Origin: Acidimicrobiales bacterium | Lineage (GTDB): Bacteria; Actinomycetota; Acidimicrobiia; Acidimicrobiales; CADCTF01 | Reading direction: 5' to 3' | Assembly: GCA_035540495.1 (NCBI GenBank) | Contig: DATLGL010000064.1 | Coordinates: 4,265 to 68,264, forward strand | DNA: 64,000 bases | Shown: positions 1 to 7,178 of the stretch, piece after piece | Position numbering within the stretch: position 1 is the stretch's first letter | Layout of the letters: each line of letters opens with the position of its first letter | Program-made: the position numbers and the translations under genes | The notes under the pieces: model-generated | Seen by the model: the letters and a program-made list of their open reading frames with translations, nothing else | Databases searched by the model: none | What the model was told of the DNA's origin: nothing

Positions 1-1
1 G

Positions 2-247
2 GTCGTCGCCTCGCCGGTGCGGACGACCGTGAAGCCGGTCGGCCTGCCCGCCGAACCCGGCGAGCCGCTCCTGAACGCGGCCCGTCAGGCCGCCGGGCGC
101 ATTCCGGCGCTGGCGCAACTGCTCGGGTTGGCCATCCCTCCCCCGCCGTCGCCGACGAAGAAGGCGGCCCCTCGTCCTCGTCCCGCTCCCCCGCGCCCGG
201 CGGCGCCGCCCGCCGAATCAGCCGGCGAGGTCGAGCAGGCCCAGTAG
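2..247 (+). CDS. C-terminal fragment of a gene starting upstream of the window; Pro/Ala-rich tail, function unknown
   Basis: Frame open from nt 2 (VVASPVRTTVKPVGLPAEP...). Third codon positions are dominated by G/C. TAG at 245-247. Convergent 30-nt overlap with the HAD gene. No domain recognised. Confidence 0.4.
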   Translation, partial: VVASPVRTTVKPVGLPAEPGEPLLNAARQAAGRIPALAQLLGLAIPPPPSPTKKAAPRPRPAPPRPAAPPAESAGEVEQAQ

Positions 248-784
248 GTCCTCGGGCGTGCGCAAGAGCGCGTCGCCCGCTTCTGCGGCGTCTCCCGACG
301 CGCGGGGGTTCCACATCGCCATGGCGAACCGCGCTCCGACCGCAGTCGCACACCGCCGGTCGTGCGCGGTGTCGCCGACGAAGATCACGTCGGGTCCGGC
401 GACGCCCAGCGCATCGAGGACCGGCCCGAGTCGCTTCGGCCCGCCGAAGTCCTCCGCGAACAACGCCACGACCGGCGACCACCCCAGTCGATCGAGCTCG
501 ACGTGACCCCACCGGCCGACCTTGTTCGAACACACCGCCCACGGCACCGGCAGCGCCTGCAACATCTCGTCCACCCCGAGGAACGGCTGCGCGATCGTCG
601 GGTCGTAGCGGTCGAGGTAGTCGTCGACGGAGAGGCCGAGCCGGGCGCACTCCTCGGCGACGACATGACCGAAGGTCACCTCCTCCGGCGGCACACCGAG
701 CGCGACGTACGGCGCGGCGAGAGCCTCGTCGGAGTCGAGCAGCGTGCCGTCGAGGTCGAAGACGACGGCAGCGACGCGCGTCAG
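218..784 (-). CDS. HAD-superfamily hydrolase (phosphoglycolate-phosphatase-like)
   Basis: Track ORF 218-694 extended in frame. Upstream codons read LTRVAAVVFDLDGTLLDSDEAL (HAD motif I DxDGT); later CSNK and FVGDTAHD motifs follow. No ATG/GTG/TTG lies upstream of motif I, only CTG 782-784, with an in-frame TAA at 794-796. The start is therefore uncertain. Confidence 0.75.
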   Translation of the reverse strand: MTRVAAVVFDLDGTLLDSDEALAAPYVALGVPPEEVTFGHVVAEECARLGLSVDDYLDRYDPTIAQPFLGVDEMLQALPVPWAVCSNKVGRWGHVELDRLGWSPVVALFAEDFGGPKRLGPVLDALGVAGPDVIFVGDTAHDRRCATAVGARFAMAMWNPRASGDAAEAGDALLRTPEDLLGLLDLAG

Positions 785-975
785 CGGACGCGCTTAACGA
801 GCACGGACGAGCTCGTGCCGCGACCCTTGTACTCGCCGCTCCTGGCGTCTTCGTCCCACCGAGCGCCGCACGACTGGCACTCGCAGCTGTCGATCGCCGC
901 GCTCGCGAGATAGAGGCGGCTCACGTCGTAGCTGTTGCAGAACGGGCAGGCCATGTGGCCCGGCGTTTCCGACAC
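781..975 (-). CDS. small zinc-ribbon protein (CxxC...CxxC), function unknown
   Basis: 64-aa ORF MSETPGHMACPFCNSYDV...CECQSCGARWDED with two Cys pairs. Its stop TGA 781-783 overlaps the putative CTG start of the HAD gene. Confidence 0.55.
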   Translation of the reverse strand: MSETPGHMACPFCNSYDVSRLYLASAAIDSCECQSCGARWDEDARSGEYKGRGTSSSVLVKRVR

Positions 976-1030
976 CGCTCGTACCGTAGCGATCTCGCAC
1001 TGCCGATGTAGGGATCACTAGCTTGCCTTC

Positions 1031-1792
1031 GTGATTGATTTCGAACAGCGCGGACGCGTCGCCGTCCTCACGATCAACCGTCCGGAAGCGCGCAACGCGG
1101 TCAACGGCGAGGTCGCATCGGGACTCGAAGCGGCCGTCGACCGACTCGAGCAGGACGGCGATCTCTGGATCGGCGTGCTCACCGGTGCGGGCCCCACCTT
1201 CTCCGCCGGCGCGGACCTCAAGGCGATCGCCAGCGGGCAGGCCGCAGCGCTCAACACGAAGAAGGGCTTCGCCGGCATCACCCAGTACGAGCGGACGAAG
1301 CCGATCATCGCCGCGGTGAACGGCCCTGCCCTGGCCGGTGGGTGTGAGATCGCGCTCGCATGCGACCTGATCGTCGCCTCGAGCGAGGCCAGGTTCGGTC
1401 TCCCCGAGGTGAAGCGGTCTCTGGCTGCTGCCGCTGGCGGCCTCTTCCGCCTCCCCCAGGTGCTCCCGCCCCGCATCGCCCTCGAGCTGATCATGACCGG
1501 CGATCCGATCGACGCCGAGCGCGCCTACCAGCTGGGCATGATCAACCGGCTCACGGAGCCCGGCAAGGCGGTCGACGTCGCCGTCGAGCTCGCAGAGACG
1601 ATCTGCAAGGCCGCGCCCCTCGCGGTGCGCGAGAGCCGCAAGGTCGCGCTGAAGTCGATGCAGCTCACCAACGAGCAGGAGCTGTGGGGCATGTCGGCCC
1701 AGGCGTTCGGCGCCCTCGCGCAGACCGAGGACTTTGCCGAGGGCCCGCGCGCGTTCATCGAGAAGCGCGAGCCCCAGTGGAAGGCCCGCTAG
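1031..1792 (+). CDS. enoyl-CoA hydratase/isomerase (crotonase family)
   Basis: 253 aa. VAVLTINRPEARNAVN, FSAGADLK and AAVNGPALAGGCEIALACD are typical crotonase oxyanion-hole segments. Confidence 0.9.
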   Translation: MIDFEQRGRVAVLTINRPEARNAVNGEVASGLEAAVDRLEQDGDLWIGVLTGAGPTFSAGADLKAIASGQAAALNTKKGFAGITQYERTKPIIAAVNGPALAGGCEIALACDLIVASSEARFGLPEVKRSLAAAAGGLFRLPQVLPPRIALELIMTGDPIDAERAYQLGMINRLTEPGKAVDVAVELAETICKAAPLAVRESRKVALKSMQLTNEQELWGMSAQAFGALAQTEDFAEGPRAFIEKREPQWKAR

Positions 1793-1826
1793 CGCGAAGG
1801 CAAACCTTCGGCCAAGGGCTCCTAAG

Positions 1827-1906
1827 GCGTCAGCGGCGCCGTCGGGAGCGCCAGCGAGCAGGCGCAACAGTCGAGCGGAGCCTGCGAGCGAGACAATCGT
1901 TACGCG
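1827..1906 (-). repeat. copy A of an ~80-bp repeated 3'-end element (short form)
   Basis: The reverse complement reads CGCGTAACGATTGTCTCGCTCGCAGGCTCCGCTCGACTGTTGCGCCTGCTC...GCTGGCGCTCCCGACGGCGCCGCTGACGC. This is near-identical to 25683-25854 apart from a 92-bp insertion in the latter. It starts at the GCG-TAA end of the Nudix gene. Confidence 0.7.
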
Positions 1907-2316
1907 ATCGTTTCGATGACACCGTGCTCGTGGAGGAACTCGGCGAGGCCCTCCACGAGCCGGAGCTCCGCGACGTCGGTGAGCGGCACCCAGCGCGCTT
2001 CCACCGCGTCGTCGCCGGGGACCGGGTCCTGCTTCTCGAGCACCGTCGCCTGGTAGTCGAGGATCACGAAGTGGCGGTCGTCGTGGATCCGCTCGACGAC
2101 GCCGAGGAGCGACCCGCAGACCACCTCGACGCCCGCTTCTTCCCGCACCTCCCGCAGCACGGCCTCGGCGAGCATCTCGCCCCCCTCGACCCGACCGCCG
2201 GGCACCGACCACTCCCCTGCCCCAGGGCCATGTCCGCGCCGGATGAGGAGGAGCTCGTCGTCGTAGACGACGACAGCACCGACGCAGACCTCGGCCCGCA
2301 CGCCCGCGTCGGTCAC
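1900..2316 (-). CDS. Nudix hydrolase
   Basis: Nudix box GGRVEGGEMLAEAVLREVREEAGVEV. The N-terminal part of track ORF 1900-2601 is a shadow extension. GTG 2314-2316 overlaps the GNAT stop (GTGA). Confidence 0.85.
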   Translation of the reverse strand: MTDAGVRAEVCVGAVVVYDDELLLIRRGHGPGAGEWSVPGGRVEGGEMLAEAVLREVREEAGVEVVCGSLLGVVERIHDDRHFVILDYQATVLEKQDPVPGDDAVEARWVPLTDVAELRLVEGLAEFLHEHGVIETIA

Positions 2317-2780
2317 GGCTGGAGCTTGTGGTGCATCACGAGCAGGCGCGCAGAGAAGCCCGACTCCTCGAAGAAGTTCTTCGTCGCGCGCGCGCCAGGA
2401 AGGGCCATGGCGTCGACACCGACGCATCGGCGAGTGCGGAACCAGGCGAGCAGCTCGTCCATCATGCGTTCCCCCACGCCCACCGCCCGAGCGTCTTCCT
2501 CCACGAACAGATCGGTGATGACGCCGAGACGCCGGCCATCGGCGAGCTCTTCGGCGAACCCGACTGCATAGCCCACGATCACGTCGTCGATCGTGCCGCA
2601 CAGGACGACGTGACCAGCGGCGAGGTCGGCCTCGAACGTCGCTTCGAAGGGCTCGCGGCGCACCTCGCGAGTGACGAACAGGTCGCCGCCCCGGAGCGGC
2701 TGGAGCTCGGCGTGCGCAACGCGAGCCAGCTCGGCGAGGCGGTGGACGTCGTCGGGAGTCGCCGGCCGGGCCGCGTCCAC
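2313..2780 (-). CDS. GNAT-family N-acetyltransferase
   Basis: 155 aa. VGYAVGF...RAVGVGERMMDELLAWFRTRRCVGVDAMALPGARATKNFFEESGF is a typical acetyl-CoA-binding core. Confidence 0.85.
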   Translation of the reverse strand: MDAARPATPDDVHRLAELARVAHAELQPLRGGDLFVTREVRREPFEATFEADLAAGHVVLCGTIDDVIVGYAVGFAEELADGRRLGVITDLFVEEDARAVGVGERMMDELLAWFRTRRCVGVDAMALPGARATKNFFEESGFSARLLVMHHKLQP

Positions 2781-3347
2781 CTACGTCGACTCGGCCTCGA
2801 GCTGGCCGATCTTGCTCAGGATCGTCCGCCGCCCGCGCGTGGCCTCTTCGTACGCCCGCACTGCGGCGAGCTCCTCCGTCGAGAGGCCGGGAAGGCGCTG
2901 CACGACCTGTGAGGCGGAGAGGGTGTCGTAGCCGGGGATGGCGAGGTGGTCGCCGCTCGGCTTCGGTGCGGGTGCGGCGGCCGCCGGTGCGGCATCATCC
3001 GACGCCTTCCCGTTCGAGGGCGCTGGCGACGTGGCGCCGTTGTTCGACGCCGCGCCGTTGCTCGACGCGGAGGACGACGCAGGTGTGGGCTCGGGGGCAG
3101 GTTTCCCCGCGCCGGGCGGTGGCGGTGGCTCGGCCAGCTTCTCGAGCCGGGCCCGCAGCTCCTTCTCCGCCTCCTTCACCGCGTACTGGCCCATCATCTT
3201 GGCCAGCGTCGTCTGCTGCGTGACCTGCTGGCGCCCCCGGTCGACGAGCGACGGGAGCTGATCGCGGGCGGTGAGCGCCAGCCCGAGCGGGGCGTACACG
3301 AAGAGATCGAGCAGCTGGTCGATCGGCGTCTTGTTGTCGTCAGCCAT
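2781..3347 (-). CDS. conserved hypothetical protein with Pro/Ala/Ser-rich linker and C-terminal helix-extension-helix-like segment
   Basis: 188 aa with a good G/C3 bias. The C-terminus IPGYDTLSASQVVQRLPGLSTEELAAVRAYE resembles SAP/HeH-type modules. Its stop abuts the GNAT start. Confidence 0.6.
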   Translation of the reverse strand: MADDNKTPIDQLLDLFVYAPLGLALTARDQLPSLVDRGRQQVTQQTTLAKMMGQYAVKEAEKELRARLEKLAEPPPPPGAGKPAPEPTPASSSASSNGAASNNGATSPAPSNGKASDDAAPAAAAPAPKPSGDHLAIPGYDTLSASQVVQRLPGLSTEELAAVRAYEEATRGRRTILSKIGQLEAEST

Positions 3348-3368
3348 GGGTCGTGGTGGATCCTGGGT

Positions 3369-3815
3369 CTAGGGGGCCGTGTGCACGATGAGCACGTCGC
3401 ACGGCGCGTGGTGGGAGATCTTGTTGGGCACGCTCCCGAGCAGGAAGCGCTTCGCTCCTGTCATTCCCTTGGAGCCGACGACGATGCAGTCGGCCCGGCG
3501 AAGCTCCGCGGCCTCGATGACGACGGCCGACGGCTCGCCCGCCTCCACGTACACGTCCACGTTGGTCGCACCGGCCCCCCTGGCGACGTCGCTGCCCTGC
3601 CGGGCCCGCTCGTTCGCCTCGGCTGCGTCGGTCACCCGCCAGCGCACCTCGTCGGGCGCGTCTGCCGCGGCTCGGTCGGTGGCGGGATCGTGTGCGTATG
3701 CGGTGACGACGGTCAGCTTCGCCCCGAGCGCAGCCGCCAGGGCGGCTGCTTCGCGCACCGCGCCGGTCGCGGTGTCGGACCCGTCGGTTCCCACCACGAT
3801 CTGCCGGTACGCCAT
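3369..3815 (-). CDS. universal stress protein (UspA family)
   Basis: MAYRQIVVGTDGSDTA...VVGSKGMTGAKRFLLGSVPNKISHHAPCDVLIVH. Confidence 0.9.
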   Translation of the reverse strand: MAYRQIVVGTDGSDTATGAVREAAALAAALGAKLTVVTAYAHDPATDRAAADAPDEVRWRVTDAAEANERARQGSDVARGAGATNVDVYVEAGEPSAVVIEAAELRRADCIVVGSKGMTGAKRFLLGSVPNKISHHAPCDVLIVHTAP

Positions 3816-3822
3816 CTCGCTC

Positions 3823-4272
3823 CTACACGCAGTCGCGGCAGTACATGTTCTTCGCGTCCGCGAGCTGGCTCGGGTGCTTCACGAGGAAGCACGACTGGCA
3901 GACGAACTCGTCCGGCTGACGCGGCTGCACCTTCCCGACGCCCTCCGTGCGATCTTCAGGCTCGGGTGCCTCTTCCTCGTCCTCCTCGTCGTCCTGGACG
4001 ACCAGGCGCTCCTTGAGGATCTCGTCGAGGGTCGCTTCGACGTCGTCGCCATCGAGGTCGTCGTCGTCGTCATCGTCGTCGTCGGTCTCGACCACGGCGA
4101 CCGGCGTCTCGACCGCATCGTCGTCTTCCTCGTCGTCGACCACGACGTCGTCATCGTCGTCGTCGAGCCCGATCTCGTCGTCAGCCTCGTCGTCGAGCTC
4201 GAGGTCTTCGTCGTCGTCGAGCTCTTCGGGTTCTTCGTCGAGTTCGAGATCGTCGTCGGCGTCGTCAGCCAT
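3823..4272 (-). CDS. DUF4193-like protein (long acidic N-terminus, C-terminal zinc ribbon)
   Basis: A D/E-rich N-terminal 110 aa is followed by FVCQSCFLVKHPSQLADAKNMYCRDCV. Confidence 0.8.
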   Translation of the reverse strand: MADDADDDLELDEEPEELDDDEDLELDDEADDEIGLDDDDDDVVVDDEEDDDAVETPVAVVETDDDDDDDDDLDGDDVEATLDEILKERLVVQDDEEDEEEAPEPEDRTEGVGKVQPRQPDEFVCQSCFLVKHPSQLADAKNMYCRDCV

Positions 4273-4299
4273 GCACGTCCTTCAGCGGTGTTCCCCAGC

Positions 4300-4324
4300 G
4301 GGCGGCGGCAGACTGTAGCCGCCC
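4300..4324 (-). terminator. GC-rich hairpin downstream of the mce operon (possible terminator, no U-tract)
   Basis: GGGCGGC (4300-4306) pairs with GCCGCCC (4318-4324). It lies 34 nt after the Mce-associated gene stop. Confidence 0.25.
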
Positions 4325-4357
4325 GACCGGGTCAGTGTTCGTCCCCTGAACGGTTCT

Positions 4358-4978
4358 CTAGGGCGCTGCATTCCCGTCACCTGCGGATTCGCTGCCGCCC
4401 AGGTTCAGGTTGGTGACATCGTTCACTCGCCACCGGCCGTCGACTTCGACGAGATCGAGCTGCACGTAGGTGTCGAACCCGCGACGCCTCCCCGCGTTGC
4501 CTTCCGCGACCGTGCTCGCCACGACGATCGCGGTGGCCGACCCGTTGTCGATCTCCCCGAGGAAGATGTCCTTCACCGTGCCGGTCGAGCTGGCCTGGGC
4601 TTCGGTAACGATCGGCTCGAGGCTCGCCTTGTAGGTGTCCTCGAACGTGCGGCGGAACGAACCGGTGCTGTGCGCGAGCACCCGGGCGCGCCAGCCTTCG
4701 AGATCTCGGTGGTCGTAGGTGAGCAGCGCCGCGGTCAGCTCCCCCGCGACGCGCTCGACCTCGCGGCGATCGTCTCGTTCTGCCGACAGCTGCCCCTGCA
4801 GCGAGGCCGCGACGACGGCGAGCACGACCGCGAACACGAACAACACGCCGGCCGTTGCCCACGGAACCCACGTCGCGCGCCTCGATCGCGTCGGCGTTCC
4901 CTCGGTTGCACCGTCGTCAGCTGCGGCGCCCGTCTCCGCAGCGTCGTCAGAGGCTGCGTCGGTGGCAGCGTCGCTCAC
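4358..4978 (-). CDS. Mce-associated membrane protein (Mas-like)
   Basis: The true start is GTG 4976-4978, overlapping the MceF stop (GTGA). It has an acidic N-terminus, one TM segment (WATAGVLFVFAVVLAVVAASL) and a SnoaL/NTF2-like tail typical of Mas proteins after mce operons. Confidence 0.7.
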   Translation of the reverse strand: MSDAATDAASDDAAETGAAADDGATEGTPTRSRRATWVPWATAGVLFVFAVVLAVVAASLQGQLSAERDDRREVERVAGELTAALLTYDHRDLEGWRARVLAHSTGSFRRTFEDTYKASLEPIVTEAQASSTGTVKDIFLGEIDNGSATAIVVASTVAEGNAGRRRGFDTYVQLDLVEVDGRWRVNDVTNLNLGGSESAGDGNAAP

Positions 4979-6213
4979 GCGGCGGAGCGTAGACGGCGGG
5001 CGATGACAGAACCCACCACGAGGAGCACCGCACCCGTGGCCACTCCCGCGCCGGTCGCCGGCAGCTGGGGGGCGTTGGAACCCGACGCCGCGCCGACCGT
5101 CGACGTGGTTCGTGGGCGGTAGTCGCCCGACGTCGATGCTCGCATGCCGGTGGTCGACACCGGCTGCAGGCTCGAGCGGCAGCGCTGCACCACTCGCGGC
5201 TCCGGGAGCTGGCGCGGCGGAACGTAGACCGTGGGCGGGTTCTCGCGGTTCATGATGGTGCCGACCCGCAGCCACGGGCCATCGGCCTCGACGTCGCGGC
5301 TCTGCCACACACCCTCGAACGCCTTCGGGCCGATGGTCAGCAGGGCGTCGAGCTCGGCCAGTCGGCGATCGGTCGTCGTTTCGTCGACGACGAGCTCGAG
5401 CCCCTTCAGCACGCAATCGATGGTGCCCTTCTGCGCCGACACCAGATCGGCCGTCTGCGTGAGGAGCTGCGCGCCCCGGTCGAGCAGCACCTGCGTGTCG
5501 CCGCTGGACGCGCGAAGCGACTGCGCGACGAGCCGGAGGTCGCTGATCGACGAGCCGAGCGTACCACGACGATCGGTCACCACACGCGTCAGGCGGGTGT
5601 TGTTGGTGGCGAGACGGTCGAGCGCCTCGGTGCGTGCGGCGAACGTCGCCGCCAACTGATCGCCGGCTTCGGCGAGATCGCGGAGCGCCTGGCTGTTGCC
5701 TTCGAGCGCCGCGGCTGCTTCCTCGAGCAGCGTCGCGACATCGTCCGGCTCGACGGACTCGACGAGCGTGCCCGCGGAACGAAGGAGCTCCGAGAACTCG
5801 AGCGGCACGCTCGTGCGCTCGATCGGCACGACGTCGCCAGCGGTGAGGAACGGGCCGCCACCCTGGTAGCCGGCCGGCGGCGAGAAGGCGACGTACGGCT
5901 CGCCGATCGCCGACTTCCGCGACACCTGGGCCGTCGCCATCTCGGGGATCTTGCGATCGCGCTCGATGTTCATCAGCACCCGCACCCCGCCCGGTATGCG
6001 CTCGATCTCGCGCACCGACCCGAACCCGATGCCGAGATACGTCACCTCGGCGTTCGGCACGATGCCGAACGCGTTCTCGAACTCCGCCGAGACGGCATAC
6101 GGCTGATCGAGGCGGTCGACGCTCACGACCTGGTTCACGGCCCAGCCGATCATGACGAAGAAGGCGACCGCGAAGACCGCGACGTTGACGACGATGCGCC
6201 GGTTGAGCCTCAT
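4975..6213 (-). CDS. Mce family protein, sixth position (MceF-like) with C-terminal LPATG sorting-signal-like tail
   Basis: Track ORF 4975-7416 is a fusion artefact. The Mce N-terminus MRLNRRIVVNVAVFAVAFFVMIGW starts at ATG 6211-6213 (ATGA overlap). MCE domain: YAVSAEFENAFGIVPNAEVTYLGIGFGSVREIE. The C-terminus is QLPATGAGVATGAVLLVVGSVIARRLRSAA. Confidence 0.85.
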   Translation of the reverse strand: MRLNRRIVVNVAVFAVAFFVMIGWAVNQVVSVDRLDQPYAVSAEFENAFGIVPNAEVTYLGIGFGSVREIERIPGGVRVLMNIERDRKIPEMATAQVSRKSAIGEPYVAFSPPAGYQGGGPFLTAGDVVPIERTSVPLEFSELLRSAGTLVESVEPDDVATLLEEAAAALEGNSQALRDLAEAGDQLAATFAARTEALDRLATNNTRLTRVVTDRRGTLGSSISDLRLVAQSLRASSGDTQVLLDRGAQLLTQTADLVSAQKGTIDCVLKGLELVVDETTTDRRLAELDALLTIGPKAFEGVWQSRDVEADGPWLRVGTIMNRENPPTVYVPPRQLPEPRVVQRCRSSLQPVSTTGMRASTSGDYRPRTTSTVGAASGSNAPQLPATGAGVATGAVLLVVGSVIARRLRSAA

Positions 6214-7178
6214 CCGGGTGGGTTGTCCCCTGCCGGGCCCTGCGGGCGTGTGTCTTCCTCGACGGGAACCAGCCAGCCGTAGACCTGGGTGAAGTCGCCG
6301 GGCACCACGGGCGGCAACCCGGCGATGAACCGGTTGAGCCAGTCGACGAGCAGCCCGAGCTCCGCCGTCTGTCCGGCCGCGACGGCGACGATCGCGTCGA
6401 CTTGCTTGATCTGGCGGTCGATGTCGACGCGGTACTTCTCGATCACGTCGTCCTGCACCCGCGCCAGGCGGCTCAGCTGCTCCAGCGCGTTGAGCGCTCG
6501 CTGGCGGTTGTCGGCGAGGACCTTCGTCGTGCCGGCGAGGTTCACGAACAACGCCTCGAGCTCGCTCGACCCCGCGGCGAGGGTGGCGGTCGTGCGATCG
6601 AGGCCGTCGATGATCCGACCGATCTCCTCCGTGCGGCTCGCGAACGTGCGGGCGATCACGGCGACGTCGGCGAGGAGGGCCTGCAGGTCGTCGCCGCGTC
6701 CGCCGAATGCGTCGGCGCCGGAGTCGATGAGGGTCGCGACGTCGGACGCCACCACCGAGCCGAGGACGTCGACCGCCTCCTGCGCCACGAACTCGAGCTC
6801 CGGCGCCTCGCCCGTGTCTTCGATGACGTCGCCGTCTTCGAGGTACGGACCGGCCCCGGGATCGCCCAGCGGCCGGAGCTCGACGAACTTCTCGCCCAGC
6901 AGCGACGTCGTGCGGATGAGCGCCCGAGAGTCCTTCGGCACCCGCACCGAGGGATCGAGCGCCATCTTCACCTCGGCCTTGAAGTCGTCGGTCAGACGGA
7001 TGCTCGCCACCGACCCGACGCGGACGTCGGCCACCTGCACGCTGTGGCGCGCGACGAGATCGCCGACGTCGTCGAAGGTGGCCGTGATCATCGTCCGCTC
7101 GCGACTGCAGGCGCCGAGAAGCGTCGCGACGATCGCGGTCACCACGAGCAGCAACACCGGCACGCGCCCGCCTCTCAC
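6210..7178 (-). CDS. Mce family lipoprotein, fifth position (MceE/Lpr-like)
   Basis: GTG 7176-7178 (GTGA overlap). VRGGRVPVLLLVVTAIVATLLGACS is a signal peptide with a lipobox-like LLGAC. MCE domain: ITATFDDVGDLVARHSVQVADVRVGSV. Confidence 0.85.
   Translation of the reverse strand: MRGGRVPVLLLVVTAIVATLLGACSRERTMITATFDDVGDLVARHSVQVADVRVGSVASIRLTDDFKAEVKMALDPSVRVPKDSRALIRTTSLLGEKFVELRPLGDPGAGPYLEDGDVIEDTGEAPELEFVAQEAVDVLGSVVASDVATLIDSGADAFGGRGDDLQALLADVAVIARTFASRTEEIGRIIDGLDRTTATLAAGSSELEALFVNLAGTTKVLADNRQRALNALEQLSRLARVQDDVIEKYRVDIDRQIKQVDAIVAVAAGQTAELGLLVDWLNRFIAGLPPVVPGDFTQVYGWLVPVEEDTRPQGPAGDNPPG

Noticed and set aside
794-2212. 472-aa Arg/Gly/Ala-rich minus-strand ORF, and similar giants: 6402-8096(+), 11042-12541(+), 15570-17138(+), 36682-38577(+), 56731-59064(-), 60910-63144(-), 47495-49168(-), 52600-54006(-).
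   Set aside because: They lie antisense or out of frame to genes with unmistakable domain motifs. They have Arg/Pro/Gly-skewed composition and poor third-position G/C bias. These are typical shadow ORFs of a ~70% GC genome.
4020-4260. Run of GTC/GTCGTC/GAC-type triplets that looks like a tandem repeat or array.
   Set aside because: It is the coding sequence of the poly-Asp/Glu N-terminal tail of the DUF4193-like protein (minus strand). The units are irregular, with no spacer/repeat periodicity, so it is not a CRISPR array or satellite.
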